45,686 nt of DNA from NCBI GenBank assembly GCA_032718475.1, contig JAUCBJ010004540.1:1-45686 (forward strand), read 5' to 3'. The DNA comes from Nemertoderma westbladi (Eukaryota > Animalia > Xenacoelomorpha). Below the pieces are notes generated by a model. The model searched no databases. It saw only the letters and a program-made list of their open reading frames with translations, and was not told the origin of the DNA. The translations under genes and the position numbers were made by a program. Below are positions 21,726 to 36,300 of the stretch, in pieces. The stretch's first letter is position 1, and each line of letters starts with the position of its first letter.

Positions 21726-22509
21726 GTAAGTAACCGAGGGTGGACTCTCTATAGCCGAGGGGCACTAGTATAATAACTAATAATCACGAACCCCGTCCTC
21801 TTATAATATACACCTAACTCTGCAGTAGTAGGTAGTAGTAGTAATAGTAGTTAGTAGTGGTAGTAAGTAGTTATAAAGGAGATGAGTTTAAACCAAAGTG
21901 ATAAAGTAACATTATTATATAACATAACCATATAGACAAAGTAGAATAAGATACGGATTCATAATTATTTTATCAAACTCATGTACTACTTACTTCAATG
22001 TGCCAATTGTAATAATAATTAATTAAACATATTATTCCGATTAATCTGCGTTTGGCCCTATAAGATATTATACTGATGTGTTTTATATCAATATATCCAT
22101 GCGAGTAAACAAGAAGTGAAGTAAATGTTTATTATTATAGTTTTAGAAATTGAATGATATACCCAAGATAGTGAAATAAATAATTTACCAGAAATTGCCA
22201 TTTGATCAGATATATTAAAGCGGAATCTTTACTATAATACCGTAATAGTATCAATTCACTCTGTTATACAATGTAAATATACTAAATCTATTTATAAATA
22301 TATTATGAGCCCTACATTGTATATTTCTCCTACAGGTAGACAATGTAATATGTTAAACTTGATATAATTTGGTATAATGTATAACATATTACAAATAAGA
22401 CTGAGGCAGCTAAACTATATTGCAAAGAAATCAAATATCCTAAAGTAATATACTAGACCCTCCCTCCACCCTATAAATAGTATTCACCACCTACCCCACC
22501 CACCACCCT

Positions 22510-24455
22510 TATTACTATATAATAATGAAAGATAGTACTGGCGCTCCGGTCACTCCGTTCCCTCCACTGGGGGGGTTAAGTTGTAGGTTTTGACACTATG
22601 CAAAATCCGAGCACAGCGTTAGAAGCACATTGGATAGGCGAACATTTCTTGCAGTGAAAGTATTTTCATATCTATTATAGTTTTCAAGATAGTCAGACAT
22701 GAGTAGCTAAAATTTGAAATTTTTTTGGTAAAGTCTGATTTCACCGGTACCTGTCATCCGAAATATGGATTGTGATATATCGTTAGATGCGGGTCCACTA
22801 ACTGTACATTCACATTTTTTCAAGAAAAAAATTCGATCTAGGGTTTTCGAAATATTTTCGAATTACCGGAAGCAGACTTTGGACGACCATATCTCCGGTA
22901 CCGGTAGGCCTATTGAGTCGAAATTTTTTTTAATCTACTTAGAACACTCCAGTGAATGTTTTTTAGTTTGAAAGTTTTGCCCCAAAATGCTCAGAAGTAA
23001 TTTCGAAAAAACTGATCATTTCGCGATCATGATCTTTTGACCCCCTAGAATTGAACTTTTTTATGGTCAAATTTTGGCTACCCCCCCTAATTCGAGGGTG
23101 AGGAATCTTTTTGTAATGTTAAGTTTTTTCATACGGTGAACTCACAGGACTTGGTCTTCGAAATAAAACCGAAAACATGATCTTTCCTGATCATGGCCTG
23201 ATCAAATCGCTTTTTGAAAATTTCGAAATGCTTAAAAGTTTCCCCTTCTTAATAGAAGTCGATTAGTAAAAAAAAAATCGGGGGTCTCAAACAAAGTTTT
23301 CGAGAAAATTGGAAAAAACCGAAAAATATGATCTTTAATGATCAGGTATCAGATCTCGAGAACCGGTTGACCGATCGAGCCAATTTTTTTTTAAATCAAC
23401 TCAGAATAGACCATTGAAAATTTCTTACAATGAATGTTTATTTAAAAAATGCTTAGATTCGATTTTAAATACACTGATCTTTTCGCGATCATGATCTTGA
23501 GTTTTGACCCACTAGACTTGAACTTTTTTATGCCAAAATTTTGGCTACCCCCCCTAATTCGAGGGTGAGGAATCTTTTTGTGATGTTAAGTTTTTCCATA
23601 CGGTGAACTCCCAGGACTTGGTCTTCGAAATAAAACCAAAAACACGATCTTTTCTGATCGCGGCCTGATCAAATCGCTTTTTGAAAATTTCGAAATGCTC
23701 AAAAGTTGCCCCTTCACCATAGAAGTCGATTCGTAAAAAAAAAATCGGGGGTCTCAAACAAAGTTTTCGAGAAAATTGGAAATAACCAAAAAATATGATC
23801 TTTAATGATCAGGTATCAGATCTCGAGAACCGGCTGTCCGATCGAGCCAATTTTTTTTTTATCGACTCAGGGCGGTGTTCTGAATGTTTCCTACAGTAAT
23901 TGTTTATATCCAAAATGCTTAGTTACGATTTTACGACATCCGATCTTTGCGCGATCATGATCTTGCGTTTTCACCAGGAAGAATTCACTTTTTTGAAAAT
24001 CTTTTAACGGGAATTATGACTAATGTGGGGTCGCTGAATCTTTTTGTAATGTTAAGTTTTTCGATTGGAGCAAGCCTTGAGTGTCCGATTGCTGATCAAA
24101 ACTGATCTTTGCTGATCATGGTCAAGATCATGATCTGATCGCTCCAAAAAAAAGGTTGTGAAGGTAAACCCATATGCTGCCTACAGTTTGGCGCCGGTCC
24201 CAAGTCCGTAGCATTAGCGGTTCTGGACTTATCTCCATAGCAACGAGGTTGCTAGGGAAGCTGACTTTTTGACTCAAATTGGCCCTAGCCGGAGAACCGT
24301 AGACTTTTGAAACGTAATGTATATGGGAAAAAGTCTTCTAGATAAATTTTGTGGGGGGGTCTAGGAACATCCTATTGTTAGTTTTCGCTTAGTTGCTGAG
24401 ATCCTCTCGTCCCCCAAATCCCAGGATTCTATAAAGGCATTCTGCTGGACTAGTT
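22510..24455. mobile_element. Non-autonomous element with ~467 bp internal tandem repeats (possibly Helitron/DINE-like); duplicated at ~29180-30657
   Basis: Repeats with period 467 (aaataaaacc at 23161 and 23628), recurring atctcgagaaccgg...ccgatcgagcc motifs, CTAG at ~24450. Boundaries and class are uncertain. Confidence 0.4.
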
Positions 24456-24539
24456 CCGTGGCCGGAATAGTGTTCGGTGTTCTGCGAACAGAGAACCTAA
24501 TCGGTTTAGGGCCCTGACCGTCTAGAACAACGGTGGTTT

Positions 24540-24705
24540 CCTGATAACTTTAGCTATTTTAAGGGAATTACGAAAAAAACCTCTTCTGATGGAGAGGTTT
24601 ATTAAATTGCTTTTTAAAAGTTTATTAAATGTGTATGGATAAAGATTAGCTGCCATTAGAAGAAGTTTGGAGGGGAATGGATCATTGGATGATGATTTGC
24701 AGTTA
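24540..24705 (-). pseudogene. CR1/L2-type LINE ORF2 fragment; duplicated at ~30742-30907
   Basis: KSSSNDPFPSKLL...LINLSIRRGFF..SLKIAKVI matches the start of a non-LTR RT domain. Confidence 0.55.
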
Positions 24706-24794
24706 ATATTTAGAAGTAAAAGTAAAGTAAAAGTAAATTTTCTTCGGCCGTTAGGACAGAGATTACGCACAAAGTCTGACGACTTATTTCCAAT

Positions 24795-24988
24795 GCGGTC
24801 CCCCCAGAACTTTATTCCCCAGAGGAAACTCTAGTACGCATTTAGCTACCACTTAAGGATGCAAGGCAGAGTGCCCTGGCTGGTCCCTTTAAAGCATTCG
24901 TGCCGAAACGAAAACTGCCCTGGCCCAGTTAAGGATCGAACCCACGACCTCAGGAGATGTGAATTCAATGCAACCACTACACCAAGGT
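24795..24988 (-). mobile_element. tRNA-derived SINE
   Basis: Minus strand: A box tggtgtagtggt (24973-24984), B box ggttcgatcc (24933-24942), then actctgccttgcatcctt...taaatgcgtac, resembling the Meta-type SINE central domain. Confidence 0.65.
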
Positions 24989-25400
24989 GGAATCTACGGT
25001 GTAAGTAAGTATTCTACCTCCACGGGTGTTGTTCCTATTAGCGAAAATGAATTCGGACGAATATAAGATTGAGAGATATGGCGCAGCGGAGAGCGTGTAG
25101 ACTTAGGTATTGTACTATCTAGTTTAGCGTGTAGGGTATAGTATAGCATTAGTTTAGTATAGTAGCGAAGTGTTCATTTAGTATGTTAGCTATTTCAGTA
25201 GGGTCCTTCGTAGCTCCCTCGTTTGGCCGCTTGCGGCATGAATGCTTTTCCCTCTACCCGGTTGTACAGCCTCGTAGATATTCGCTGACCTTATACTCTC
25301 CCCCTGTCATCAGGTGCCACGGTTCACTTAACTCACTGCGCGCATTTCCCACTGACACCTGCGGGGATTTATTCCCCCCCCCCCCCCCCCCCCTCTCGTG

Positions 25401-27564
25401 ACTGCTTTCAGAAGGATGGTGTCGCCATGGGTTCCCCATTGGGTCCCATACTCGCCAACATCTTTCTGTCACAGTTTGACGAGCAGATCACAGTGGGTAC
25501 CGAGATTAGTGAAAGGCAGGGACGGATTAAGGGGGGGGCAACAGGGGCAGCTGCAGGGGGCCCGTAAGTTGGAAGGGGCCCGCAAGTTGGGAGAAATTTA
25601 CCGAACATTATCTCACTGATAAAACAACCTCATTTATTTATTAATTTCTGGCTGTTCAATAAATATTTAGAGTATATCTCACATATAGCCTCACCATTCA
25701 GAGCACTGTGTCCCATAGAATGTTTAAAGTGTTTTAAAAAAATATTTTAAGTGTAATGTAATGCTTAAAGGAAAACGTTAGCAAAAAAACAAAATTAACC
25801 AAAAAAAAAAAATGTTAATAATAGTAAACTATTACTGTATTACAATTAACATTTAATTTACCTTTCAATTAATATTATCTGAAATCATTCACGAGTTCAG
25901 TAGGTTAGGAAATTGCTATTTTTAAGTAATTTTGTGTCTAATTTATTGATATACCAGTATATTATTCGTTCCTAAATATAGAATTGATGTCTTTTGGATG
26001 GTGTAATTTTAGGAAAAAATTAGTATTATTTAAATAATCAAGGACTATTATTCGATAAAAAAAAGTAAGCGGAAATCACCGCTTTTTTAACAGATATTCA
26101 ATTTAGCGAAATTCAACTATGTTTTTTTTTTTTTTTATTCAACTGTTACGTTTTTATATCGAATATATTGTTTTATTTGAAAAAAATATTACCAGCGTTA
26201 CTTATTTGTACCAACGGGGACCAAAATTTTTTGCAATTGGTTTTCGTCGGGGAGGGGGGGGGGGGGTAGGGGCCCGTAAGTTGCGACTGCCGGGGGCCCG
26301 AAAATCCATAATCCGTAAGCCGACACTGAACACGTCGTCAACATACCTTTCACTGAAAGGTATGTTGACGACGTGTTCAGTGTTGGTAACAACGACCCCA
26401 CTGAGAAGTTGAGAGAGGTCAATGCCCTCCACCCCAATCTTAGGTTTACACTTGAGTTGGAGGAACAGGGCCACTTGCCTTTCCTTGATTTGGTTGTGTC
26501 CCGTACTGACCACGCGCTTGCAACGGCATGGTACCGCATGCCTACAGATACCGGGCTCGTTCTTAATGCCACTGCATGTGCCCCGGAGTCATATAAACGG
26601 GGGGTAGTTCGTGGAATGTTTCATCGCATATTTAACGTCAGTAAGGGCGGGCGGGGATGGCTCTCAGCTCAATACTGCAATTGGGGAAGCTAATATTATT
26701 CTTAGCAATAACCAATATACAAATGCGATGATTCAGCGTGAGCTTACTGCCGTCCGTGCCGCTAGGGGGCGTCCTGGCAATAGTAGTGAGAGTGAGGTAA
26801 CTGCGGTTACACCCTCCGAGGTCATTGACCAGGTGGAGCCGAAACCGTCGGAAAATCCCTGGCCCATTATCTGTAAGTTTGAGTACCGCGGTCGGGCCAC
26901 CGAACTTTTTGTTCGTAGGTTGCGTGGTATAGTACGTTGTTTATTCTTTATCTTGTCCAGCTTGTAAGGGGGAATATGTTGGACATACCATCCAGCACTT
27001 GTTTGAACGTGTTAGACAGCATCAAGACGGGTCGGCCAATGATGGTAGTGAACAAGGCAAGACAGTTCACAACCATATCATGACACACTGCGGCGAGCCC
27101 AATACACAGTGGTTGACGGACTGGCGTGAGTTCTTCAAGCATTTCAAAGTAATTGCACGGCACCCATTGCGGCCTGTCCTGCAAAAACTTGAAATGTTTT
27201 ATATACGCACGCGTCAGCTCGCCATTAACAAACAGAAATGTGATTGGCGCAAGTTTGATGTGCTGCTTCCCAGTGGTTAGACAGATACACTTCTACCTTG
27301 TTTCACTTTACCTTTCTTTCTCCCTTGGGAACTTCTATCTATTGTATCCTTTCTAGCACTAGCTACTTGAGAAAGCCCCCATTGGGGCGAAACCTACTGA
27401 TCAGCTGACAGTTGTCAGCTGAGCACTGACTGCATGCAACGTCTAAAGGTCAGTTGCTTTTTTACTGTTTTATTTGTACTGCATACCTACTGGGAAGGTT
27501 TTTACTTCACTGCTTGACAATTAAATAAAAGTACCACTATATTGCATTAACTCAAGCTTTTTAA
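25401..27564 (+). mobile_element. Penelope-like copy 3 (duplicated 3' half of copy 2, including MITE 25517-26316 and palindrome 26320-26386)
   Basis: Identical ORF pieces at 26373..26693, 26611..26967 and 26999..27280. Confidence 0.93.
27361..27458 (+). ncRNA. Variant hammerhead ribozyme motif, duplicated copy
   Basis: Identical to 20692-20789. Confidence 0.7.
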
Positions 27565-30500
27565 TTCAAAATTAGAATCTACAGAGACGAACTGAAATCT
27601 ATTTGATAGGAAGATGGAGATTAGTTGTAGCGGAGTTACGCGTACGCCATAGCTCTCAAGCTTCGATAATAGTATTTTATGGTTGATGGTTTCAAAGGCC
27701 TTTTTTAGTTCAATATATATTGCGTAAGTAGAGTTTTTACTATCTAATGCCTGGTGAATTTTTTCTGTTACTGTTAGGAGCGCGTGTGAAGTGGATGTTT
27801 TTGACCGGAAACCAAATTGCGAATCAGATAAAATGCAGTATTGTGAGAAATAAGATAATAATTGTGAGTTAATAATTTGTTCATATAATTTTGAGAGTAT
27901 GGGAAGTAAAGAAATTCGTCGGTAATTATTAGGAACTGCAGGATTATTGGTTTTATATGAGGGAATAACTTTAGCTATGAATATATATCTTTAATTCCAA
28001 CATTGGACAATAAAACAGTAAATTAAATAATATATGTATTTTAGTAGCACATTAATATAGTAAAATTATTAATAAAGGTTAAAAGGGGTAACAACAAGGC
28101 GACTATTTATATGAATATCTTTCTAATAAAATTAGACGTAGAGGCGTATCTATTTCGTAGGTAATGGGCGGTCAAGACGCATCAGGAATAGCGCTATTTG
28201 TATGTCTGAAAGGCTGGGTGGTACTTTCTGACACTGGGAATAGTGGGTCCTTTCTGCGGCTGTATTGCCAAAGAGCCAGCAATGACAGCTATCTGAAGCT
28301 TTCCAGCAGTTCCCATGCGCGCAGTATTGTTGATGGCACCCATTGGAGATCAACATTGCACCAGCCCGTCGACGGAAGCCTGTTATGTTATCCAGTAAGT
28401 AACCGAGGGTGGACTCTCTATAGCCGAGGGGCACTAGTATAATAACTAATAATCACGAACCCCGTCCTCTTATAATATACACCTAACTCTGCAGTAGTAG
28501 GTAGTAGTAGTAATAGTAGTTAGTAGTGGTAGTAAGTAGTTATAAAGGAGATGAGTTTAAACCAAAGTGATAAAGTAACATTATTATATAACATAACCAT
28601 ATAGACAAAGTAGAATAAGATACGGATTCATAATTATTTTATCAAACTCATGTACTACTTACTTCAATGTGCCAATTGTAATAATAATTAATTAAACATA
28701 TTATTCCGATTAATCTGCGTTTGGCCCTATAAGATATTATACTGATGTGTTTTATATCAATATATCCATGCGAGTAAACAAGAAGTGAAGTAAATGTTTA
28801 TTATTATAGTTTTAGAAATTGAATGATATACCCAAGATAGTGAAATAAATAATTTACCAGAAATTGCCATTTGATCAGATATATTAAAGCGGAATCTTTA
28901 CTATAATACCGTAATAGTATCAATTCACTCTGTTATACAATGTAAATATACTAAATCTATTTATAAATATATTATGAGCCCTACATTGTATATTTCTCCT
29001 ACAGGTAGACAATGTAATATGTTAAACTTGATATAATTTGGTATAATGTATAACATATTACAAATAAGACTGAGGCAGCTAAACTATATTGCAAAGAAAT
29101 CAAATATCCTAAAGTAATATACTAGACCCTCCCTCCACCCTATAAATAGTATTCACCACCTACCCCACCCACCACCCTTATTACTATATAATAATGAAAG
29201 ATAGTACTGGCGCTCCGGTCACTCCGTTCCCTCCACTGGGGGGGTTAAGTTGTAGGTTTTGACACTATGCAAAATCCGAGCACAGCGTTAGAAGCACATT
29301 GGATAGGCGAACATTTCTTGCAGTGAAAGTATTTTCATATCTATTATAGTTTTCAAGATAGTCAGACATGAGTAGCTAAAATTTGAAATTTTTTTGGTAA
29401 AGTCTGATTTCACCGGTACCTGTCATCCGAAATATGGATTGTGATATATCGTTAGATGCGGGTCCACTAACTGTACATTCACATTTTTTCAAGAAAAAAA
29501 TTCGATCTAGGGTTTTCGAAATATTTTCGAATTACCGGAAGCAGACTTTGGACGACCATATCTCCGGTACCGGTAGGCCTATTGAGTCGAAATTTTTTTT
29601 AATCTACTTAGAACACTCCAGTGAATGTTTTTTAGTTTGAAAGTTTTGCCCCAAAATGCTCAGAAGTAATTTCGAAAAAACTGATCATTTCGCGATCATG
29701 ATCTTTTGACCCCCTAGAATTGAACTTTTTTATGGTCAAATTTTGGCTACCCCCCCTAATTCGAGGGTGAGGAATCTTTTTGTAATGTTAAGTTTTTTCA
29801 TACGGTGAACTCACAGGACTTGGTCTTCGAAATAAAACCGAAAACATGATCTTTCCTGATCATGGCCTGATCAAATCGCTTTTTGAAAATTTCGAAATGC
29901 TTAAAAGTTTCCCCTTCTTAATAGAAGTCGATTCGTAAAAAAAAAATCGGGGGTCTCAAACAAAGTTTTCGAGAAAATTGGAAAAAACCGAAAAATATGA
30001 TCTTTAATGATCAGGTATCAGATCTCGAGAACCGGCTGTCCGATCGAGCCAATTTTTTTTTTATCGACTCAGGGCGGTGTTCTGAATGTTTCCTACAGTA
30101 ATTGTTTATATCCAAAATGCTTAGTTACGATTTTACGACATCCGATCTTTGCGCGATCATGATCTTGCGTTTTCACCAGGAAGAATTCACTTTTTTGAAA
30201 ATCTTTTAACGGGAATTATGACTAATGTGGGGTCGCTGAATCTTTTTGTAATGTTAAGTTTTTCGATTGGAGCAAGCCTTGAGTGTCCGATTGCTGATCA
30301 AAACTGATCTTTGCTGATCATGGTCAAGATCATGATCTGATCGCTCCAAAAAAAAGGTTGTGAAGGTAAACCCATATGCTGCCTACAGTTTGGCGCCGGT
30401 CCCAAGTCCGTAGCATTAGCGGTTCTGGACTTATCTCCATAGCAACGAGGTTGCTAGGGAAGCTGACTTTTTGACTCAAATTGGCCCTAGCCGGAGAACC

Positions 30501-30996
30501 GTAGACTTTTGAAACGTAATGTATATGGGAAAAAGTCTTCTAGATAAATTTTGTGGGGGGGTCTAGGAACATCCTATTGTTCGTTTTCGCTTAGTTGCTG
30601 AGATCCTCTCGTCCCCCAAATCCCAGGATTCTATAAAGGCATTCTGCTGGACTAGTTCCGTGGCCGGAATAGTGTTCGGTGTTCTGCGAACAGAGAACCT
30701 AATCGGTTTAGGGCCCTGACCGTCTAGAACAACGGTGGTTTCCTGATAACTTTAGCTATTTTAAGGGAATTACGAAAAAAACCTCTTCTGATGGAGAGGT
30801 TTATTAAATTGCTTTTTAAAAGTTTATTAAATGTGTTTGGATAAAGATTAGCTGCCATTAGAAGAAGTTTGGAGGGGAATGGATCATTGGATGATGATTT
30901 GCAGTTAATATTTAGAAGTAAAAGTAAAGTAAAAGTAAATTTTCTTCGGCCGTTAGGACAGAGATTACGCACAAAGTCTGACGACTTATTTCCAAT

Positions 30997-31190
30997 GCGG
31001 TCCCCCCAGAACTTTATTCCCCAGAGGAAACTCTAGTACGCATTTAGCTACCACTTAAGGATGCAAGGCAGAGTGCCCTGGCTGGTCCCTTTAAAGCATT
31101 CGTGCCGAAACGAAAACTGCCCTGGCCCAGTTAAGGATCGAACCCACGACCTCAGGAGATGTGAATTCAATGCAACCACTACACCAAGGT
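30997..31190 (-). mobile_element. tRNA-derived SINE, duplicated copy
   Basis: Same A and B boxes at 31175-31186 and 31135-31144. Confidence 0.65.
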
Positions 31191-31689
31191 GGAATCTACG
31201 GTGTAAGTAAGTATTCTACCTCCACGGGTGTTGTTCCTATTAGCGAAAATGAATTCGGACGAATATAAGATTGAGAGATATGGCGCAGCGGAGAGCGTGT
31301 AGACTTAGGTATTGTACTATCTAGTTTAGCGTGTAGGGTATAGTATAGCATTAGTTTAGTATAGTAGCGAAGTGTTCATTTAGTATGTTAGCTATTTCAG
31401 TAGGGTCCTTCGTAGCTCCCTCGTTTGGCCGCTTGCGGCATGAATGCTTTTCCCTCTACCCGGTTGTACAGCCTCGTAGATATTCGCTGACCTTATACTC
31501 TCCCCCTGTCATCAGGTGCCACGGTTCACTTAACTCACTGCGCGCATTTCCCACTGACACCTGCGGGGATTTATTCCCCCCCCCCCCCCCCCTCTCGTGA
31601 CTTACTAGGTCTTTAGGTCTTTAAAATACCTGAGTGTTTAAAGCTCATCTATCCCATCATAGTAGACATGTACTGTACAACAAGTGTCA

Positions 31690-33008
31690 CACAAGAAATG
31701 AAAACAAATAAGTTGGTGCCAGTTCCCAAGAAGGGCAACCTAACACTCTATGGTTCTTTTCGGGGAATCTCATTGATCTCGATTGCTGCAAAGCTATACA
31801 ATAGAATTCTATTAAATCGCATCAGGGATCCCATTGAGAGACTGTTATCTTTGTTGACTTCTTCAAGGCCTTTGATTCAGTCTTCCGCTCACGTATGTTC
31901 AGCATACTTTCATTATATGGGATTCCTGATGAAATTATTGCAGCAATCAGATCAGTATACGAAGGTTCGACAACATTTGTGCCTACTGTTGACGGTGACA
32001 CAGAACCATTTGAAGTGTTATGGGGCGTCCTCCAGGGAGACACACTTGCACCATTCTTGTTCATAATTGTGGTTGACTATGTTCTACGCATGTCCTTAGA
32101 TCATCATAATGATGATGGGGTGATGATAACTCCACCTACTGGCTCCAGAAGTCGAGGAAATCCTGCCAAGTACCTAACTGATCTAGACTTTGCTGATGAC
32201 TTAGGAGTACTCTCAGAATCACGAGAGGGAGCCCAACGGCTCCTCAGCTCATTAGAACATGCTGCTTCTAGTGTTTGTCTTTTTATTAACTCCAGAAAGA
32301 CCAAAATTTTGACAGTTAACTTTGAAAGTTCTCAGCAAGTCTCTGATCGGATGAGCATAAGCTCAAAAGATGGTATGCTTGAGCATGTGGATGACTTCTG
32401 TTACCTGGGATCATGGATCCCGAAGTCAGGTGAGGACCTTCGAATATGTAAGGGAAAGGCATGGGCAGCCTTGAATAGGCTTTCCAGGATTTGGAAGTCA
32501 CCGAGAATTAATCGGAAACTTAAGGTCCGGTTATTTAGAGCAGCAGTATTTCCAGTACTCCTCTATGGGAGACCATGCTGGGCTCTAACTGCTGAGGACA
32601 CCAAATCTCTGAATGGCACATTCACAAGAATGCTACGCCGGGTTCATTGTGTCAAGTACAATGCACACATCTCCAACGAGACACGATATAACATTGGAGG
32701 TGTCTCATTGGTTCCGCCAAGCTTGACACTAGAACAAAATCGCCTCCGCTTTGCAGGAAATTGCAGAACATTGCAGGACCAGCCAGTGCATAATCTTGTA
32801 CTTTGGCAGCCTCATGGAGTGAATAAGCATGGTGGACAGCCCATGACTTTCTTGAGACGCATCTTAAAGGACACTGGCCTTGAAGATGCGGATGATCTAG
32901 CAAATGTCATGGGTGATACGGAGTTGTGGCGGTGCAATTTTGTCGATAAGCAGGCACAGCTTTCTTAAAAATGCAGCTGCAATGCAGCATGCCGATCCTA
33001 GTAGTAGT
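31690..33008 (+). mobile_element. RTE-clade LINE, 5'-truncated RT with an internal deletion and (TAG)n tail
   Basis: VPVPKKG, FRGISLISIAAKLYNRILLNRI, FVDFFKAFDSV, GVLQGDTLAPFLF, TDLDFADD, DFCYLGS, LLYG, RLRFAG; tagtagtagt at 32999-33008. Confidence 0.92.
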
Positions 33009-33377
33009 TGCCGGCATCAATACTCTCTCAATCTCAGAGTCGCTCTCCGCTCTCTATTTCATAGGAATCGCTAATTCCATCTGTAGATGATATCGACGGA
33101 GCGCTGGATTCACTCGAATGAATAAACATATTTAGTGCTTCAGTCCAGTTGATGCTTCTGTAACTTATTTATCTGGGCCACCCATAGAAAGCGTATTTCA
33201 TCAAGGTTACTAAGATCACCCACACCAACCGATCCCGATCGTATTCTCCCAGTCCCACCATTTAATCCTCATCTGCCTTTGACTCTCCTGCCAATACTCC
33301 TGTACTCGGCGAAACCATAATACAGTCACAGTGTACTGGTGTAATAATACAGACAGGCAGTTCAGCAGTATATGCCA

Positions 33378-36300
33378 TGTGGGGCGAGCCACGAAGTGAG
33401 TGAGCCTTAGCGTAGTGGTACCATTAATCAACCTGTGGGGCGAGCCACGAAGTGAGTGAGCCTTAGCGTAGTGGTACCATTAATCAACCTGTCGTTCTGT
33501 CGTTCTGTCGTTCTGTCGTTCTGTCGTTCTGTCGTTCTGTCGTTCTGTCGTTCTGTCGTTCTGTCGTTCTGTCGCGTCCAATTTTAAACGTTAATAACTC
33601 AGCCAATCTTTGATGAAATCTATCCAAACTTGGTACACATGTTGTTTGGCAAAAGTTTAGAAATTTTCCAAGTAGAATTTCCGTGTGGCCTTCGAGAAGC
33701 TAAGATAATAGCAGTTAATTAGTTAATTAAGTTGATTACGGTAAAAACACCATTTTCAACCTGCCTTTTAAAGGAAATTAATTGTTTTACAGTATAAGAT
33801 TTAAATAATTATACTTAAAAATTATACAGATGTAATCCACATACGCCATTCTATTATAGTTTTTAATTAGTTCAAGTGATTTGCTTTATTAATTGTGTCT
33901 TTAATTGATCTAAAGTAATTAAAACGTCATAAAAAATTTATTCTCATTAAATACTGCTCATTTATTGGCTAACATGCTGGTACGATGGAAGGATGTGTGT
34001 GTAAGGCAGCTATTTGCTGGGAATGATTATTGGTCAAGTCTCTGCTGGTGTGGAGCTAGCTGGCTTAGAGTTGTGGCTGTAGACTAACCAGAGAGGAATT
34101 GTACTGTAATAGGCAACCAGTATTGCTATTCCAGCCCAGACATCATTCTTGAAATCCAACATCCTAACATCCTTCCTGTATTGACTCTACTATAAGTGTT
34201 GTATTGCTATCTCAGGTAAATGACAGATATAATAACATAAATACAATCCATGGCATGGCTGTTGTGTAGGCTTCTGAAATAGTTTATTCCACAATGTTTA
34301 TGTCTGGTTATTTTTTAATTGAATTTTTGCAAAGTAGTAAAATTAATTTTCTTAAAAATAATATTATTATTTTATATGTAACCTCGGAAATTAGCTACAT
34401 TTTTTCGCTGCAGCTTTAAGAGTGTACATTGATTTAATATTATTTCAATACCCATATTACTACATCGGCATAAGATGCGTTGGCGTTGTATCACACATCT
34501 CCACATATCACACATCTCCACATAGATGTATCAACAGTTACTCGCACAGTTTCGAAACTTCGCATAGTTATAACTGTAAAAAGATCGTCAGTCTGCGTTT
34601 ATGAAAAATATTTTATGACAAAACAGGACAAGCGACGAGCGCAACGAGGCATATAATGAAGACGAGTACTGCGTTGACTAAATTGTTATATAAACCACCT
34701 GGCTTCACATATTGATCGCATCCCTAGTTATTATTATTATAAAGATCGTCCTAGCCTGCGTTTAAGAAATATATTTAAATACAAAACAGGACGAACGCAA
34801 AGAGGCTTATAATGAAAACGAGTACTGCGTTTATTATATTCCTATAAACCACCTGGCTTTGCATATTTAACGTGCGATTGGAAATAAGTTCGTGCTACCC
34901 TTCCGTGGGTGGTAGATGTCGCGGTTATGTATTGGTGGGTGGGGGGAGGAGGGGGGGGGGGGGGTGTGCAGATTAAAAGGGGTGACACGTACTGTCCCCC
35001 TTTCTTTGATTAATTGGTGGTGTGGGTTAATATCTCATAACCTGATTTTGTGATACAGTCGCACAATTTTAATTTGTATCTCATAACTGGGCCTCGTGCT
35101 GCGCGAAGGCCCCACGAACGTGTCGTTCTGTCGTTCTGTCGTTCTGTCGTTCTGTCGTTCTGTCGCGTCCAATTTTAAACGTTAATAACTCAGCCAATCT
35201 TTGATGAAATCTATCCAAACTTGGTACACATGTTGTTTGGCAAAAGTTTAGAAATTTTCCAAGTAGAATTTCCGTGTGGCCTTCGAGAAGCTAAGATAAT
35301 AGCAGTTAATTAGTTAATTAAGTTGATTACGGTAAAAACACCATTTTCAACCTGCCTGTTAAAGGAAATTAATTGTTTTACAGTATAAGATTTAAATAAT
35401 TATACTTAAAAATTATACAGATGTAATCCACATACGCCATTCTATTATAGTTTTTAATTAGTTCAAGTGATTTGCTTTATTAATTGTGTCTTTAATTGAT
35501 CTAAAGTAATTAAAACGTCATAAAAAATTGATTCTCATTAAATACTGCTCATTTATTGGCTAACATGCTGGTACGATGGAAGGATGTGTGTGTAAGGCAG
35601 CTAGTTGCTGGGAATGATTATTGGTCAAGTCTCTGCTGGTGTGGAGCTAGCTGGGAGTTGTGGCTGTAGACTAACCAGAGAGAAATTGTAATAGGCAACC
35701 AGTATTGCTATTCCAGCCCAGGCAGCATTCCAACATCCCAACATCCTTCCTGTATTGACTCTACTATAAGTGTTGTATTGCTATCTCAGGTAAATGACAG
35801 ATATAATAACATAAATACCATCCATGGCATGGCTGTTGTGTAGGCTTATCTGAAATAGTTTATTCCACAATGTATATGTCTGGTTATTTTTTAATTGAAT
35901 TTTTGCAAAGTAGTAAAATTAATGTTCTTAAAAATAATATTATTATTTTATATGTAACCTAGGAAATTAGCTACATTTTTTCGCTGCAGCTTTAAGAGTG
36001 TACATTGATTTAATATTATTTCAATACCCATATTACTACATCGGCATAAGATGCGTTGGCGTTGTATCACACATCTCCACATATCACACATCTCCACATA
36101 GATGTATCGCACAGTTTCGAAACTTCGCATAGTTATAACTGTATAAAGATCGTCAGTCTGCGTTTAGGAAAAATATTTTATGACAAAACAGGACAAGCGA
36201 CGAGCGCAACGAGGCATATAATGAAGACGAGTACCTCGTTGACTAAATTATTATATAAACCACCTGGCTTCACATATTGATCGCATCCCTAATTATTATT

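Larger units (their letters stand above)
18735..25403 (+). repeat. Tandem segmental duplication, unit 1 (6669 bp)
   Basis: Near-identical to 25401-31602; the junction shares the 3-nt microhomology 'act'. Confidence 0.95.
25401..31602 (+). repeat. Tandem segmental duplication, unit 2 (6202 bp; lacks one 467 bp internal repeat)
   Basis: Offset 6666-6669 relative to unit 1 up to ~29930 and 6202 afterwards. Confidence 0.95.

Noticed and set aside
24930-24988. tRNA gene
   Set aside because: A and B boxes are present but there is no convincing cloverleaf, and it is followed by a SINE-like body.
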